From positions 72,387 to 136,386 of the IMG/VR virus record IMGVR_UViG_3300047554_000527: a DNA stretch of 64,000 nt; one strand, given 5' to 3'. The notes below the pieces were generated by a model, which saw nothing but the letters and a program-made list of their open reading frames with translations, was not told the origin of the DNA and made no database searches. The translations under genes and the position numbers were made by a program. Shown one piece after another: positions 26,154 to 37,466 of this stretch (positions are counted from its first letter, which is position 1; each line of letters starts with the position of its first letter). This stretch comes from a virus (taxonomy: Duplodnaviria > Heunggongvirae > Uroviricota > Caudoviricetes).

Positions 26154-29100
26154 TTATTCTGGGTTAACATTACCGGAGATCACCCATTGTTCTTCTCCAA
26201 TCTTCAGTAGTGTGACCATACCATAGTTCTCTATGATATACCAACTGTTGTTACCAGTGCCTGCCAACATCACACTGATTGAGCCACCTTCTGGGCCAAT
26301 ACCGATAGTACTATTGGTAGTATTGACAACGGTAATCACAGAACCTATAGGGAATGGCACACGACTGTTGTAAGGGATCACAATGTTGTCATTGGCCTCA
26401 TTGCACAGGATATGATGTCCGCGATCTTTCAATCCCAACATATATCTCTGACCGAAATATCTGCGTTGTGGGATATCTGTTGCCGAAGTGGTCTGTTTAG
26501 AACCATCGGCAAACACAATGCTACCACCATCAGTGTCGTGAATAGTTTCAATGGTCAAGTCTGGATACCAACTATTAACATAGTAAAGGCCTGTGCCTGT
26601 TGTGACTGCTGTGCCGGTACTGATTGTAGGAGCTACTGTTAGGGCACCGGTATAACCGGTACTGGTGTCAATTATGTTGATGTTATAGTTAACATTGGCT
26701 AGTCCTGTACCGTTCCAGTTACTAGTTTCATCATTGACATCCTGATAACTGAATGAACCGTACTCGCCAGTACCTGAGCCATCTAGTGGCAAACGAACTG
26801 CTAGACCCGAGTCATAGTTGTCAGTCTCAAAATAACCAGCGAGATAGAAACTGTCATTATCTACACTAAGTCCACGAGGTGTGCCTAGCCAGGTATCATC
26901 ATTGGTAGTGGCCGATAACCAACGCTTGTAGACTGTTTCTCCACTGGCTGTCATTTGGATTACTTTTATAGCATCGTCATCGAATTCTTCGTGATATTGT
27001 TCTGCGACTACTATTAGATTACCATTAGCTGTACGAGCGATACAAGCATCGTCACCGCCTTGGGTTTTACGCTGCCACTTAACTGTGCCGGTGCTGTCTA
27101 GTTTAGTGATCACTGTGTCGCCATCGTCGTTGCTCTCGTGTACCACATAGATGTCTGTGCCGATAGTTATGACACTTTGAGCCAAACAGTCGTAGCCAAC
27201 TTCGTTGAGTTGTCGAACCCACTGTAGTGTGCCTGTGCTGTTAAACTTGAAGGCTAGGGCAAGATTTCGGAAGTTGCCTGTGTTTAATTCGCCATAGCCT
27301 CGACCCACTGCGATGATGTTGTCACTGCTGTCCACTGCTACAGCATAGATTGCGTCATCAATGTCAATGCCTGTATTGAAAGTACGCTGCCAAGTAGGAG
27401 TGACTACGAGTCCTTCCATACTCATTGGATAGGTAAGGCTCCACGAACCTGAACCACTAAAGTCAACCTGTGTGGTTGTGTCTAGTTTCCAAGTTGTGCT
27501 TTGACCAGTACCAGTGGCTTCGTGTATGTATTGGACACCCCCGCCACTGACGCTAACTCTAACAGTTAGATCATTAGCAGGACTTGTGCCGCCTAAACTT
27601 GTGCCAGGAATTACTACGATATCATTTTCGACATAGTTTGTGCCACCAGCAGTAGCATTATAGTATGTGTGACTTGCGTAGTTATTGCTGCCAAATGGAC
27701 CTTGGAATGTAAGTTCAAATCCTGAACCTACATTGTGATTAGTACCTGATATTCCGTAGGAAGTTGTTGCTCCGCCACCTAGGCTAAACGAAATGCTCAT
27801 TATAGCCGGTGATGTAACTCCGCCAGGAACTGTTGTTGTTCCTGTAAATTGACTGCTGGCGTATAAAGCGGTGGTAGTAAATGTGTATTCAGCACCTTCA
27901 GTTAATTGATTGATAGTAATAGTAAAAACTGTTCCGATTGGGGCACTTTGTATTGCTGCCAATAGTGCGCTGTTACTAAATCTACTGTCATCAACATATA
28001 TTGTGCCGCCATCGAAATACATCAATCCGCCTGAGGTATAATCACTACCGGCAATAGAACCACTGTATGATGTAGCACCGCCGGCCGCTGTGCCTGTATT
28101 ACTTACACTGGTAATAGCACCAGCATCTACAGCCTCTACTGTGATAACGCAATCGTTGGTAGGACTAGTCCCTCCGATGTCAGTGCCTAAAACTTTGATC
28201 TTGTGCCCTGGTAGATAGTTTGTGCCACCGCTAGCAATACCAGCACTATAAGTTCCATTACCATTGTTGATAATGTCAAATGTAGCACCTGTACCTTGTC
28301 GTACTGTACCAGTCAATCCTGTGTATTGTTCTAGATAAAGAATGTCCTCAAACGGGCTAATGCCTGTGCCACCAATCTGCCAATTTGTAGTTGGGATAGC
28401 AGGAAGGTCACTTCTCAATACCCGAATACTGCCTGTGGTACTGCCAGTCTGTGCTGTGACAGGTATTTCAGCACTGAAGTCACCGCGTTTTTCACCGCCT
28501 AACACATAGACGTCTTCGCTGTTCCAAGCGATATCCAGTAAAAGAACATCGTCGCTGGTGTCGCTGAATTTCACAGAGTCTAAAATACGACCAGTGTCTT
28601 GATCTAGAGTGACTAAAATACTGTAGGTATAACTGCCGTACATTTCAGCCAGGACCATAAGATTGCCCGAGGCTGGATTCATACTTAAGGCATTAACACG
28701 ACCACCATCGCCGTTGTCATCTTCTTCAATCAAGATACCCCATAGTCTATCGCCTGTAGGTGAAATCTTCATCACAAATGGTTGACTGTTGTCGTCATCA
28801 TCACCGCCAACATACAAATAGCCTTGGCTATCCACACAAGTAGCACGACCTATAATGTCATCGCTGTTATTATAACTAGTGCCAATGGCCATCAAGTAGC
28901 CCACTTGACTCTGTGTAAGTTTCACATCACCGTCGTTAGGTATAGTTAGTGTGCCGTCAGCACCAAATGTATAAGTGTAGGTCTCGCTGTTGACCAAATT
29001 GTTGGCTATGCGAGCCGCTTCGTCTGCTGTGATTGCGGAATCTTCTGCTAGAATAGTTTCAGAGAAGGTAGTAACAACCAATGAACTGTTCGTAGCCTCG

Positions 29101-30569
29101 TGTGTGACAAAACGTCCTGGCACACGGCTTTCTGTAAATGATAAGTTGCCAATGGTCAATTCTGTACCATCTGTAGGCAACTGTACCACAAAGTAATCTT
29201 GTTCATTGTCTGCGGTTTCGCTGTATTGAGCACCGTTGGGATTGTTGGTGCTAAATCCATAACCATCTACGGCAAACTTGCTGCCAAATACTGCCACAGC
29301 CTGTCCGCGATCAAAGTCGCTGGAGTCTTCGTTCAAGTTTATAACATCTACATAGCGTTGCCAAATTACAGCACCTAGAGTGTTGTAGCGAGCCACGATC
29401 TGTTTACTGGTACGAAGTATTTCTTGTAATCCTTCTGGTGCTTCCTCAAACCCGCCGTCAGTTTTGCTCTCATAGGTAGTTGAAGACAAGTAGATATCAC
29501 CTATGTCAGTAGCTGTTAATCCTACTACAAATGATCCACAGGGTCCTGGACCAATTCTGCGGGTCCACTGTACTGTACCGCTGGAGTTTAGTTTTACCAG
29601 TATAGCAGCGGATTTATCTGTATTTCCGTCAATCTGGTTAACTACATCGACTTGATAGGCACCTACGGCATAGATGTTGCCCTGTGCGTCACTAGCACAG
29701 TCACCGCCAGTCATACTGTAGCCGTCAGGTGCTTCTAGTAACTTGCTCCACACACGATCTAGATTTTGATCTAGTTTTTCAATAAACATCTTGTCTAGAT
29801 CAGATCCACTGTCATAGTAATAACCAGTGATGAATACATTTTCGTCACCGTCAACATCCATACCACTGACCACGGTGATTTCTGGACTTTCTAAGGCCAG
29901 TGTTTTCTTCACGGATACTGATCCGTCTGTACTGCTGATTTCCAAGACCAACACAGCCAGTGGAGGGCCACCGTCGGCTGCTTGGGCCACTAATGCCAAT
30001 GTTGTTGAACTCTTTTCTTCGATGAAAGCACTATAGATTGGAAGTGGTCCAACGTCATAACTCTTCTTCCACAATATGCTGCCAGTGGTGCTGAACTTGA
30101 TCACAGTGATTTCGGGATCACCATCGCTGACCGTAATGTAAGCACAATCATTGCTGTCCACGGCTAACGCTGTTGGATCAACTTGAAAGAATGACTTTTG
30201 CCAGGCCACAGCACCAGCGGCTGTGTATTTGGTAATAACTGTGACATCGTCTTGATCCTGGGCGGCTCTGGTCAATGCGTATAAGTTGCCCTCGCTGTCA
30301 TAACGCAGGCCACGAGGTTCAGTGTTGTAGCCGTCTCTACGCTGTGTAGCGATCCAATGCTCTGTACTGCCTGCTTGGACTACAACTGAACCATCGTCTG
30401 TGAGTGTATCCCCACCTGCGTGTGATAAATCAGCCCAGGCAGTTTCGCCATCACCGTATTTGATCTTGCCAGTGTCTGTTTCTAAACCTGGTTCACCCGC
30501 GGCTAAGATAGGATTTTCTGTAGTCCAGTTGGCCGCTGTGTCACGGCGTAGTTTGATTCTTGTTGTCAT
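26154..30569 (-). CDS. Large tail fibre/adhesin: Mtd-type N-terminal module plus two beta-propeller regions
   Basis: MTTRIKLRRDTAANW...LAAGEPGLETDTGKIKYGDG..W; repeated AVDSxxNIY/KFxxxGxxxWxR blades; C-terminal FADGSKQT and VPFPIG...WVISG module. Confidence 0.8.
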   Translation of the reverse strand: MTTRIKLRRDTAANWTTENPILAAGEPGLETDTGKIKYGDGETAWADLSHAGGDTLTDDGSVVVQAGSTEHWIATQRRDGYNTEPRGLRYDSEGNLYALTRAAQDQDDVTVITKYTAAGAVAWQKSFFQVDPTALAVDSNDCAYITVSDGDPEITVIKFSTTGSILWKKSYDVGPLPIYSAFIEEKSSTTLALVAQAADGGPPLAVLVLEISSTDGSVSVKKTLALESPEITVVSGMDVDGDENVFITGYYYDSGSDLDKMFIEKLDQNLDRVWSKLLEAPDGYSMTGGDCASDAQGNIYAVGAYQVDVVNQIDGNTDKSAAILVKLNSSGTVQWTRRIGPGPCGSFVVGLTATDIGDIYLSSTTYESKTDGGFEEAPEGLQEILRTSKQIVARYNTLGAVIWQRYVDVINLNEDSSDFDRGQAVAVFGSKFAVDGYGFSTNNPNGAQYSETADNEQDYFVVQLPTDGTELTIGNLSFTESRVPGRFVTHEATNSSLVVTTFSETILAEDSAITADEAARIANNLVNSETYTYTFGADGTLTIPNDGDVKLTQSQVGYLMAIGTSYNNSDDIIGRATCVDSQGYLYVGGDDDDNSQPFVMKISPTGDRLWGILIEEDDNGDGGRVNALSMNPASGNLMVLAEMYGSYTYSILVTLDQDTGRILDSVKFSDTSDDVLLLDIAWNSEDVYVLGGEKRGDFSAEIPVTAQTGSTTGSIRVLRSDLPAIPTTNWQIGGTGISPFEDILYLEQYTGLTGTVRQGTGATFDIINNGNGTYSAGIASGGTNYLPGHKIKVLGTDIGGTSPTNDCVITVEAVDAGAITSVSNTGTAAGGATSYSGSIAGSDYTSGGLMYFDGGTIYVDDSRFSNSALLAAIQSAPIGTVFTITINQLTEGAEYTFTTTALYASSQFTGTTTVPGGVTSPAIMSISFSLGGGATTSYGISGTNHNVGSGFELTFQGPFGSNNYASHTYYNATAGGTNYVENDIVVIPGTSLGGTSPANDLTVRVSVSGGGVQYIHEATGTGQSTTWKLDTTTQVDFSGSGSWSLTYPMSMEGLVVTPTWQRTFNTGIDIDDAIYAVAVDSSDNIIAVGRGYGELNTGNFRNLALAFKFNSTGTLQWVRQLNEVGYDCLAQSVITIGTDIYVVHESNDDGDTVITKLDSTGTVKWQRKTQGGDDACIARTANGNLIVVAEQYHEEFDDDAIKVIQMTASGETVYKRWLSATTNDDTWLGTPRGLSVDNDSFYLAGYFETDNYDSGLAVRLPLDGSGTGEYGSFSYQDVNDETSNWNGTGLANVNYNINIIDTSTGYTGALTVAPTISTGTAVTTGTGLYYVNSWYPDLTIETIHDTDGGSIVFADGSKQTTSATDIPQRRYFGQRYMLGLKDRGHHILCNEANDNIVIPYNSRVPFPIGSVITVVNTTNSTIGIGPEGGSISVMLAGTGNNSWYIIENYGMVTLLKIGEEQWVISGNVNPE

Positions 30570-30770
30570 TTATTGTGCTCCGTTGCCACCGTCTAGGGTG
30601 CGATTAAAAGTTTCTGTGTCAGCGAACCCGCCAACCGCTGTGTAAAATGCTTGTCCTGCCGCTGTAGGAACAGCGTTAGACCAATGTGTGCCCTGCCAGA
30701 GGTAGGTTACACCGTTATCTGCTAGGAATTCTTGCCCTAGTGCGGGATCTGTTGGAAATGTTATTGCCAT
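30570..30770 (-). CDS. Small fibre-associated protein
   Basis: MAITFP..P..GQ...NGVTY.W module, paralogous to the N-terminus of 23576-24754; TAA abuts the next ATG. Confidence 0.6.
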   Translation of the reverse strand: MAITFPTDPALGQEFLADNGVTYLWQGTHWSNAVPTAAGQAFYTAVGGFADTETFNRTLDGGNGAQ

Positions 30771-30798
30771 TTTCTTGTCCTATTCATATTTATCGGTT

Positions 30799-33700
30799 TT
30801 ATACTGTGCCATACAATGCTACCCAACTGCCTTCAGTCGTCGAATAGATAAATTCTGCTGGCCCACTACTAACAGTAACTTGCAAGGCACTATTAACAGT
30901 TAATGTACAGTTTGTACTGATGTTAACAATAACTAATCTCTGTCCCGGTGTGCCCGCAGGCAAAATCACATTATGAGTGTCAGATCCTGAATAGCCCAAT
31001 GCTGCCGAACAATATAACAAGTTGAAGTTAAGGTCGGTAATAGTTAAGTTTGTGTTAGTACCGTTAAACTCGTATATGTATTCGCCCTGTACAACAGTTG
31101 AGCCGGTATAAGCAGTAGTTTGAACGGTTGAGTCTGGGAATGTTATTGAACCATTATTACCAAATATCCAGTCTCTGCTGTTGCCTTCTGTATTAGTTGT
31201 GCGTAGTGTTATTACTCCACCACTGCGAGCCTGTAAAGTGATTGGACCGCCACTGCCGTATGTATTAGAATAACCGCTTTCGATATTGATGTACCCGCCA
31301 CTGCCAGTACCGCTCTGTCCTGCTTGGAAGTTTAGATAACCACCTGAACCTGCGCTTTGACCACGGCCCGCACGGATCTTGATGTCACCACCGTCACCGC
31401 CTGCGTCACCACCTGGTCCTGCCCATAGGTAAACGTCGCCACCTTCACCAGTTGTTCCAGCAAAACCCGGAGCACCTTGGATGATCACACGTTCAGCATT
31501 TGGAATATCCACTGTCGATGGTGGTCCATAGATAATAGCCTGTTGTGTAGGATCACTGAACTTTACAGTCTGACCTACACCACTTGGGTTAGCATTGTCG
31601 CTGATAGGAACGGTTAGTGTTGGGAATACTGTGGTGCCGTCACCTTTGAATTCCCACTTGTGTTCAGTTGATCCTTCTGTGCGATTAAATGCAGTAATAG
31701 ATAATCCACTGACATCGGTGTCTTGCCACTCAAGACTGATCTTTGCTCGCTCTCTGTTGAAGTCAGTTTCTTCGTCTGGGTCGCCTGTGTAGATACGGAA
31801 TAGTTCTACTTCATCGTTGGTAGGAATGTTGTACCAACGCATACTGGTTGTGTCGCTACTGCCTTCGCAGTCTTTGATCCATCTACTGGTGCGTGGTAGT
31901 ATGAGGTCATCGGCTAATCGCAAAACGCCATCGCTGTCTAATGCGACTTCATGGGCACCATTGACTAATCGATCTCTTTGAGGGGCTGTAGTTAATACTG
32001 TAGCATCAGAGAATGTGATTGAATTAACATCAAGGTCAGTTTCTGGCGGTGACAGTACTGTAGGACTAGCATCAACCCACTGGTCCATGTACTTGATGTA
32101 CATACGGGCTTCTTCAGTATTAAACCAAAGGTGTCCATCGCTGGAGATTGGTGCTGTGTCACTGCGTGGAACACTCTGTGATACTTCTCCGCCTGTGTAG
32201 GCTGTTGTTTGTAAAGAACCGTCCGGGAATTCTATGCTACCGTTAGCCTTGAATAACCAAGTGCTTTGACCTAGTTCATTGTCAGCATCGTTGTCTGTTT
32301 GAATAGCAACAACTTTGTTTAGGGCTCCGCCAATGCTGATGCCTTCTTCTGTGGTGTCAATGAATCCTACTTCGCTACCATTATATTTTAAGTGTAGCAA
32401 GCCCGGGAACTCTACTGTACCATCATTCTTAAAGGTCCAGGTATTGTCATTACCGTCTGTTTGGATTCGAACTTCGCCGTTGTTAGCAGTACCTAATAGT
32501 ATTCCGCCGGCTTGATTATTCCATAGTATTAAAGAGTCGTTAGTGGCGTCAGAGTCAGTTGGTATTCCTATATAAGAAGAACCTTCTCCGTTAGGGCTAA
32601 GGTACATAGTATATCCGCCCCAACCTTCATCGTCGTCTGTAGTACCGATAAAGTTTTCGTAAATCTTAAACTTGCCTAGGTCAGCACCACCGCCGCCTTC
32701 AAACTCATACTCAACGTCATTGGCCTTGCTTCGAACAACAAACGGAATATTGACCCAGTTAGTGGCATTAAACGATTCGTTAATGTCAGATCCTACATAG
32801 GCAAACATTGAGTTGCGACGGTTAGCGTCAGCGATAGCCTGTGTCCAAGTACCCTGTACATCTACACTAATATCATCAATGTATCCATCATCGTCTAACT
32901 CATCTACAGAGTATTCAGCAGGAACATAGACGCCCGGCGGTGTTTCAAGTCCAGCACGAACGCTATAGTCGTAAGCATCAGTGACAAACGGTGTGCTACC
33001 GAATGAATATACTTGATCGTCAGTGTCTTCTACTTCGTCAGCAAATAAAGTTGTAGCACGAGTAACACCCGGCAGCACTAACTTACCTGATACAGATTCT
33101 GTAATAACACTAGAACCAACTGTGATAGATCCTGGACCTACATAGATGTGGCGAACACGCAGACTTGGGGTACCAATGTCTTGTAGAATATCTGTGTTTG
33201 GAACTAGGCTGTTAAACCCATCTACAGTCCAACCTGTTAGTCCAGTAGTATTCTGTGTAACATAGTTGATAACAAAGTTTTCTGTAGCAAGGTTAGCATC
33301 TGTAGTTGCTGTCGAGTTTGTGCTGGTACCGATTACCAGTGTGTTACTTACTGTATTAACTCTTAAAGGAACACCACCGATGTAGATAGTGCTGGTTCCA
33401 ACATACAAACTACGCCATTGCTTGTTTAAACTACCCAAGTCGTAAGTTAAATCTTGACTAGGTATAATGTGTGTTGTAACTGTGGTTAAGTCTGGCATTA
33501 AACCAGTAGCACCTTGAGGGCCAGTAGCACCTACATCACCGGCAGGGCCTTGAGCACCTGTAGCACCATCGTTACCTGTAAGGCCGGTTGCTCCGTCAAA
33601 ACCAGTAGCACCTACATTACCCTGCGGTCCAGTAGCACCAGTAGCACCATCATTACCAGTAGCACCTTGTGGTCCGGGACCACCTGCAGGTCCTACAATC

Positions 33701-35094
33701 TGGCCAATATCTTCCCATTGGCTGCTAAATGTACTCCAGAACCATAAGTTGCCAGTGTCATTGACAATCCAGCCATCGCCTGCATTACCAGTTAGCGGAA
33801 GTCCTGCTGATGTTGCTGTGCTGCCCACTAAGGTAACACTGATACCCTGCGGACCTGTTGAACCAGTTGTTCCTTGAATACCTGTTGCACCGGCATCCCC
33901 TTGAATACCTGTTGCGCCTTGAATACCTGTTGCACCCTGCAATCCAGTAGCACCCACTGGGCCAGTAGCACCTGTACTGCCTAATAAACCTGTAGCGCCG
34001 GTACTGCCCTGCAATCCAGTAGCACCCATAGGACCTGTAGCACCAGTTGCGCCTGCTCCTGTAGCACCAGTAGGACCTATAGCACCTACGTTAGGACTTG
34101 TTTCAATCCATAGTCCGCCAAAGTATGTAAAACTACGGCCAAGTTCGCTGTCCCACCATTGATCGCCTTCGACTGGATCTGCAGGAGCAACATCACCAAC
34201 AACACTTGTGATAGCACTTAGTGTTCCTGCGGTTGTTACAGCAAGGTTGTGTCCTACAATAATACCGCCTAGTGTTGCAGTTGTTGCAGTTGTCGTTGGG
34301 CCAGCAGCACCTGTAGCGCCGGCAGCACCTGTAGCACCTTCGGGTCCTGTAGCGCCTGTTGCACCTCCACCTAGTACGCTATTGCCAAAGATATCAACAA
34401 TATCTCCGTTAGCAGGTAGTTGCAGTACGCCCAGTGTGCCGAATACCCAACTGCTGGTGTTTGAAGTAAGTTTAATAGCACCTAGAGTCTCAATAGTAGA
34501 TGGATATTCTGGGGGCTGTGTTGCTGTTAGGTTAGTTGTCCATCCTGCAGGTCCTGCTTGAATAACATCGTACAACCCTAATGTAAAAGTATAGTCCGGA
34601 ATACCGTGATCTGCTTCGGTATAGGCAAACTCCATGTTATCAGTATAGCCAGGATTTTCAAACCAAGGAGTGTTATTTCCAATCTGTGTAACTACTTCAC
34701 CGTTAGGATTTACTACAAATGCTACTTCGAAATACCAAGCATCTCCTGTAAGTGTAAGTTCGCCTACAAAGTGTGCAGGATCAAGAGTTGCTGTAAATGT
34801 AGCAGGTAATAATAAAGAAGGAGTTAAAGTTCCACGAGAGTCTAATACAAAGCTCTGTGTTCCTGTTGTTAATCTATCGCTTTGTCCCGAACCGCTAGGG
34901 CCAGTAGCACCTACTGCACCAGTAGCACCTACTGCACCAGTAGCACCTACACTTCCACCACCGGTGCCGCCGCCGATAAAGTTCTTTAGATCTTCACCTG
35001 TTGCTTTTCTAGTTTGTCCATTTTGGACAACAGGAAAGACTGTTGCGTCTGTAAGGGTTGATACAGAACTGAATGAATTGAATAAGTTGCTCAT
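30799..35094 (-). CDS. Collagen-like tail fibre protein
   Basis: Long Gly-X-Y (GATG) tracts; repeated GDxWWDS/GxLWFNT and FPDGS/TxQTTAY modules. Confidence 0.85.
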   Translation of the reverse strand: MSNLFNSFSSVSTLTDATVFPVVQNGQTRKATGEDLKNFIGGGTGGGSVGATGAVGATGAVGATGPSGSGQSDRLTTGTQSFVLDSRGTLTPSLLLPATFTATLDPAHFVGELTLTGDAWYFEVAFVVNPNGEVVTQIGNNTPWFENPGYTDNMEFAYTEADHGIPDYTFTLGLYDVIQAGPAGWTTNLTATQPPEYPSTIETLGAIKLTSNTSSWVFGTLGVLQLPANGDIVDIFGNSVLGGGATGATGPEGATGAAGATGAAGPTTTATTATLGGIIVGHNLAVTTAGTLSAITSVVGDVAPADPVEGDQWWDSELGRSFTYFGGLWIETSPNVGAIGPTGATGAGATGATGPMGATGLQGSTGATGLLGSTGATGPVGATGLQGATGIQGATGIQGDAGATGIQGTTGSTGPQGISVTLVGSTATSAGLPLTGNAGDGWIVNDTGNLWFWSTFSSQWEDIGQIVGPAGGPGPQGATGNDGATGATGPQGNVGATGFDGATGLTGNDGATGAQGPAGDVGATGPQGATGLMPDLTTVTTHIIPSQDLTYDLGSLNKQWRSLYVGTSTIYIGGVPLRVNTVSNTLVIGTSTNSTATTDANLATENFVINYVTQNTTGLTGWTVDGFNSLVPNTDILQDIGTPSLRVRHIYVGPGSITVGSSVITESVSGKLVLPGVTRATTLFADEVEDTDDQVYSFGSTPFVTDAYDYSVRAGLETPPGVYVPAEYSVDELDDDGYIDDISVDVQGTWTQAIADANRRNSMFAYVGSDINESFNATNWVNIPFVVRSKANDVEYEFEGGGGADLGKFKIYENFIGTTDDDEGWGGYTMYLSPNGEGSSYIGIPTDSDATNDSLILWNNQAGGILLGTANNGEVRIQTDGNDNTWTFKNDGTVEFPGLLHLKYNGSEVGFIDTTEEGISIGGALNKVVAIQTDNDADNELGQSTWLFKANGSIEFPDGSLQTTAYTGGEVSQSVPRSDTAPISSDGHLWFNTEEARMYIKYMDQWVDASPTVLSPPETDLDVNSITFSDATVLTTAPQRDRLVNGAHEVALDSDGVLRLADDLILPRTSRWIKDCEGSSDTTSMRWYNIPTNDEVELFRIYTGDPDEETDFNRERAKISLEWQDTDVSGLSITAFNRTEGSTEHKWEFKGDGTTVFPTLTVPISDNANPSGVGQTVKFSDPTQQAIIYGPPSTVDIPNAERVIIQGAPGFAGTTGEGGDVYLWAGPGGDAGGDGGDIKIRAGRGQSAGSGGYLNFQAGQSGTGSGGYINIESGYSNTYGSGGPITLQARSGGVITLRTTNTEGNSRDWIFGNNGSITFPDSTVQTTAYTGSTVVQGEYIYEFNGTNTNLTITDLNFNLLYCSAALGYSGSDTHNVILPAGTPGQRLVIVNISTNCTLTVNSALQVTVSSGPAEFIYSTTEGSWVALYGTV
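33500..34100 (-). repeat. Collagen-encoding 9-nt-period repeat
   Basis: Recurrent GGTGCTACTGG/GGTGCTACAGG units encoding GATG. Confidence 0.85.
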
Positions 35095-35163
35095 GTTTAG
35101 TGTCCAAGATTAGCGTCTAATGGTATTTAGTTTGTATTTTTATAATCCTAATGTAAATATCTG

Positions 35164-35451
35164 ATGCTGATAGACACAAAGAAAGTTACTACTGAATATA
35201 CTAGGCCTAGCAAGAACAATAAGTCTCATACCTATACAAGGACAAAGACTCTGCTGGTATTGCAATGTGACGACTGCCAAAATACATTTGAAAGAGAGCA
35301 GGGTAAGATGTGCAAACAACGGACCAGCCCAGATTACTATCATGTCTGTCCAAACTGCGACGCAAAGAGATTTGCTCAAAAACGTGGTGCAGAACGCCGA
35401 AAAATTTGGAACTTATCCGCAGACAGCGACATAGATATTAGCAAAATATAG
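35164..35451 (+). CDS. Zinc-ribbon hypothetical protein
   Basis: CDDC and CPNC pairs; TAAATA upstream. Confidence 0.6.
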   Translation: MLIDTKKVTTEYTRPSKNNKSHTYTRTKTLLVLQCDDCQNTFEREQGKMCKQRTSPDYYHVCPNCDAKRFAQKRGAERRKIWNLSADSDIDISKI

Positions 35452-35513
35452 GTTGCTTTTCTGATAAAACCATGTTATAATTAACGCACATGATAACTTC
35501 ATAAATACTGATT

Positions 35514-36035
35514 ATGAGCGATGTATTACTTTTAAACTCTGACGCACAACCAGTTAGCTTACTGCCAGTGAGTATTATCTCTTGGCAAGATGCTATCAAA
35601 GCCATGGTCTTGGAAAAGGCTGTTGTTTTGAGCTGGTACGACAATTGGATTGTCCATAGCGCAAACTGGGAAACTCCTGTTCCTAGCGTTATCATGCTGA
35701 CTGAATACATGAAGCCAAAAACTTCTATTCGTTACAGCAAGCAGAACGTCTTCCTGCGTGACGGATACACCTGTCAATACTGCGGTACAGGAGTTAATAA
35801 GCGTACCGCTACTTTGGACCACGTCCTACCTACTAGCCACGGTGGTAAGACTACGTTCGAAAACACCACTACAGCTTGTGGTCCTTGTAACGCCAACAAA
35901 GGTAACAACAAGAAGATCAAGCCAAAGACAGCGCCTCACAAGCCTACCTACTGGGAACTTGTTGAAAAGCGTAGGCAAATGCCGTTTGATGTCAAGCATC
36001 CAGACTGGAAGCTATATCTAGGCATTGAAGATTAA
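35514..36035 (+). CDS. HNH endonuclease
   Basis: RDGYTCQYCG, TLDHVLP.S.GG, C..CN..K. Confidence 0.92.
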   Translation: MSDVLLLNSDAQPVSLLPVSIISWQDAIKAMVLEKAVVLSWYDNWIVHSANWETPVPSVIMLTEYMKPKTSIRYSKQNVFLRDGYTCQYCGTGVNKRTATLDHVLPTSHGGKTTFENTTTACGPCNANKGNNKKIKPKTAPHKPTYWELVEKRRQMPFDVKHPDWKLYLGIED

Positions 36036-36058
36036 AAAGCCCCGAAAGGGGCTTTTTT
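36034..36058. terminator. Bidirectional terminator
   Basis: AAAAAGCCCC-GAAA-GGGGCTTTTTT. Confidence 0.88.
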
Positions 36059-36356
36059 ATTGGCTGTATTTTAGTAAGAAAAGGGTGTATTTCTTTTCAT
36101 CTAAAATTTCATAGCCCTCTGTAATATCGCCGTTCGAATTCCTGTGCGCTCTTAGGCCGTATGTATCTTCGAGCCAGGGCCAAAATAACTGAATATCTTC
36201 TCCTTCATCGGGATCGTAATTCAACCATTCTAATTTAGCTTTACGCATACGATGCCAGTGTTCGTTGCGTTTCCTCTTGGCTTCTTGTAGGGCCTGATCT
36301 TCTCTAGCCCACATTGGGATCTCTAGATCATCCAAAGGGATTATTTGCATTGGCAT
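36057..36356 (-). CDS. Hypothetical protein
   Basis: 99-aa ORF; ends YEILDEKKYTLFLLKYS. Confidence 0.6.
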   Translation of the reverse strand: MPMQIIPLDDLEIPMWAREDQALQEAKRKRNEHWHRMRKAKLEWLNYDPDEGEDIQLFWPWLEDTYGLRAHRNSNGDITEGYEILDEKKYTLFLLKYSQ

Positions 36357-36574
36357 TATTTGCTACGATATACAATACGACCCTTGGTTAGATCGTATGG
36401 GCTCATTTCCACTTCTACAGTATCTCCGAGTAGAATTTGGATTTTATTCTGACGCATCTTGCCCGAGATGTGTCCGAGGATAGTATGTTGGTTTTCTAAT
36501 TTAACTCTAAACATTGCATTGGGCAATACTTCCTCTACCTTGCCTCTCATGCTAATTTGGTCTTGCTTGGCCAC
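36356..36574 (-). CDS. infA: Translation initiation factor IF-1
   Basis: [18 protein letters not shown]...HISGKMR...[22 protein letters not shown]. Confidence 0.96.
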   Translation of the reverse strand: MAKQDQISMRGKVEEVLPNAMFRVKLENQHTILGHISGKMRQNKIQILLGDTVEVEMSPYDLTKGRIVYRSK

Positions 36575-36576
36575 GA

Positions 36577-36822
36577 TTAAACAGTTTCTCCTTTTAGTCC
36601 TTTAAGTACCAGTTCTTTGGCTCGTTTATTTAAGCTCTCTTCTTCAGCTTTTAACATTAGACTAGCCATAGATTTAAGATACTCATCCATAGCTTCTTTG
36701 CCTTTTTCAGTAAAGTGGTTGTACTCTGAGCCGATTCTGCTGTTATAGTAATAGCGATCATTTCTTAATATTTCCATAATACCGCCGTAGAATAAATCTT
36801 TGATCGCATTCTTTTCTAGCAT
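36577..36822 (-). CDS. Hypothetical protein (start MLEKNA)
   Basis: Overlap coupling with the upstream ORF. Confidence 0.55.
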   Translation of the reverse strand: MLEKNAIKDLFYGGIMEILRNDRYYYNSRIGSEYNHFTEKGKEAMDEYLKSMASLMLKAEEESLNKRAKELVLKGLKGETV

Positions 36823-37043
36823 TTTAGGTACTCCATTGTTGCTTCGGACCCTCTCAAGTACGCGACCGGTTTTAACCAGCCGTTTGACATACAGGTTGCT
36901 AATATAGCCTTGTATTCTGGCGGGCACTGATTGGATATTTCGAATCCAGCGCGAGGTGTTAATGTATAACCAGATTTTATGTACCACAGGGAATCTCCCG
37001 GCTTAACTGTTTTAACATCATTAATTTGAAAAGTGATCTTCAT
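36816..37043 (-). CDS. Hypothetical protein
   Basis: 75-aa ORF in a chain of overlapping small genes. Confidence 0.55.
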   Translation of the reverse strand: MKITFQINDVKTVKPGDSLWYIKSGYTLTPRAGFEISNQCPPEYKAILATCMSNGWLKPVAYLRGSEATMEYLKC

Positions 37044-37237
37044 TCTGGTAAGGGACTAAAGCGACTTTCGAAGCTTTCTTGATAGCAACTATATTCCTTT
37101 GGAGTGCCAAAATCACTACGATAATGGATCCAGGTGTGCCCGTCTGCTTCTAAAGTATGCAGGACAACAAAGACCTTGCCGTCTCCGCCACTCCATCTGC
37201 TTCCTTCTTTAATTGTCGTTTTGTTTGTCTTGTTCAT
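37040..37237 (-). CDS. Hypothetical protein (start MNKTNK)
   Basis: Chain of overlapping small genes. Confidence 0.5.
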   Translation of the reverse strand: MNKTNKTTIKEGSRWSGGDGKVFVVLHTLEADGHTWIHYRSDFGTPKEYSCYQESFESRFSPLPE

Positions 37238-37466
37238 GTTGTTTAACCATTCTATATAGAGGCTCCATGCGCTCTTGAAACACTTCTGGGCTAGCATCAG
37301 ACACTCGACGCATATCCCAATCGTTTGGATAGTGCCTTAGAATACTGAAAGCTTCTTGTCTAACTGCCTTAGGAACACGGGGATATTTCTTATGATCGCC
37401 GGCAAGATCCTGTAAGAATCTACTAGCCCACTTTACAGCACGATATCGTTCATCAGGCAGTGTCAT
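37209..37466 (-). CDS. Hypothetical protein (start MTLPDER)
   Basis: MTLPDERYRAV...LRHYP pattern. Confidence 0.55.
   Translation of the reverse strand: MTLPDERYRAVKWASRFLQDLAGDHKKYPRVPKAVRQEAFSILRHYPNDWDMRRVSDASPEVFQERMEPLYRMVKQHEQDKQNDN

Noticed and set aside
26154-30569. Diversity-generating retroelement suggested by the Mtd-type N-terminus
   Set aside because: Only the anchor module is shared. No reverse transcriptase or TR/VR pair differing at adenines was seen in the window.
33500-34960. Periodic DNA repeats as a CRISPR array or satellite
   Set aside because: The 9-nt periodicity is explained by collagen Gly-X-Y coding; there are no unique spacers.
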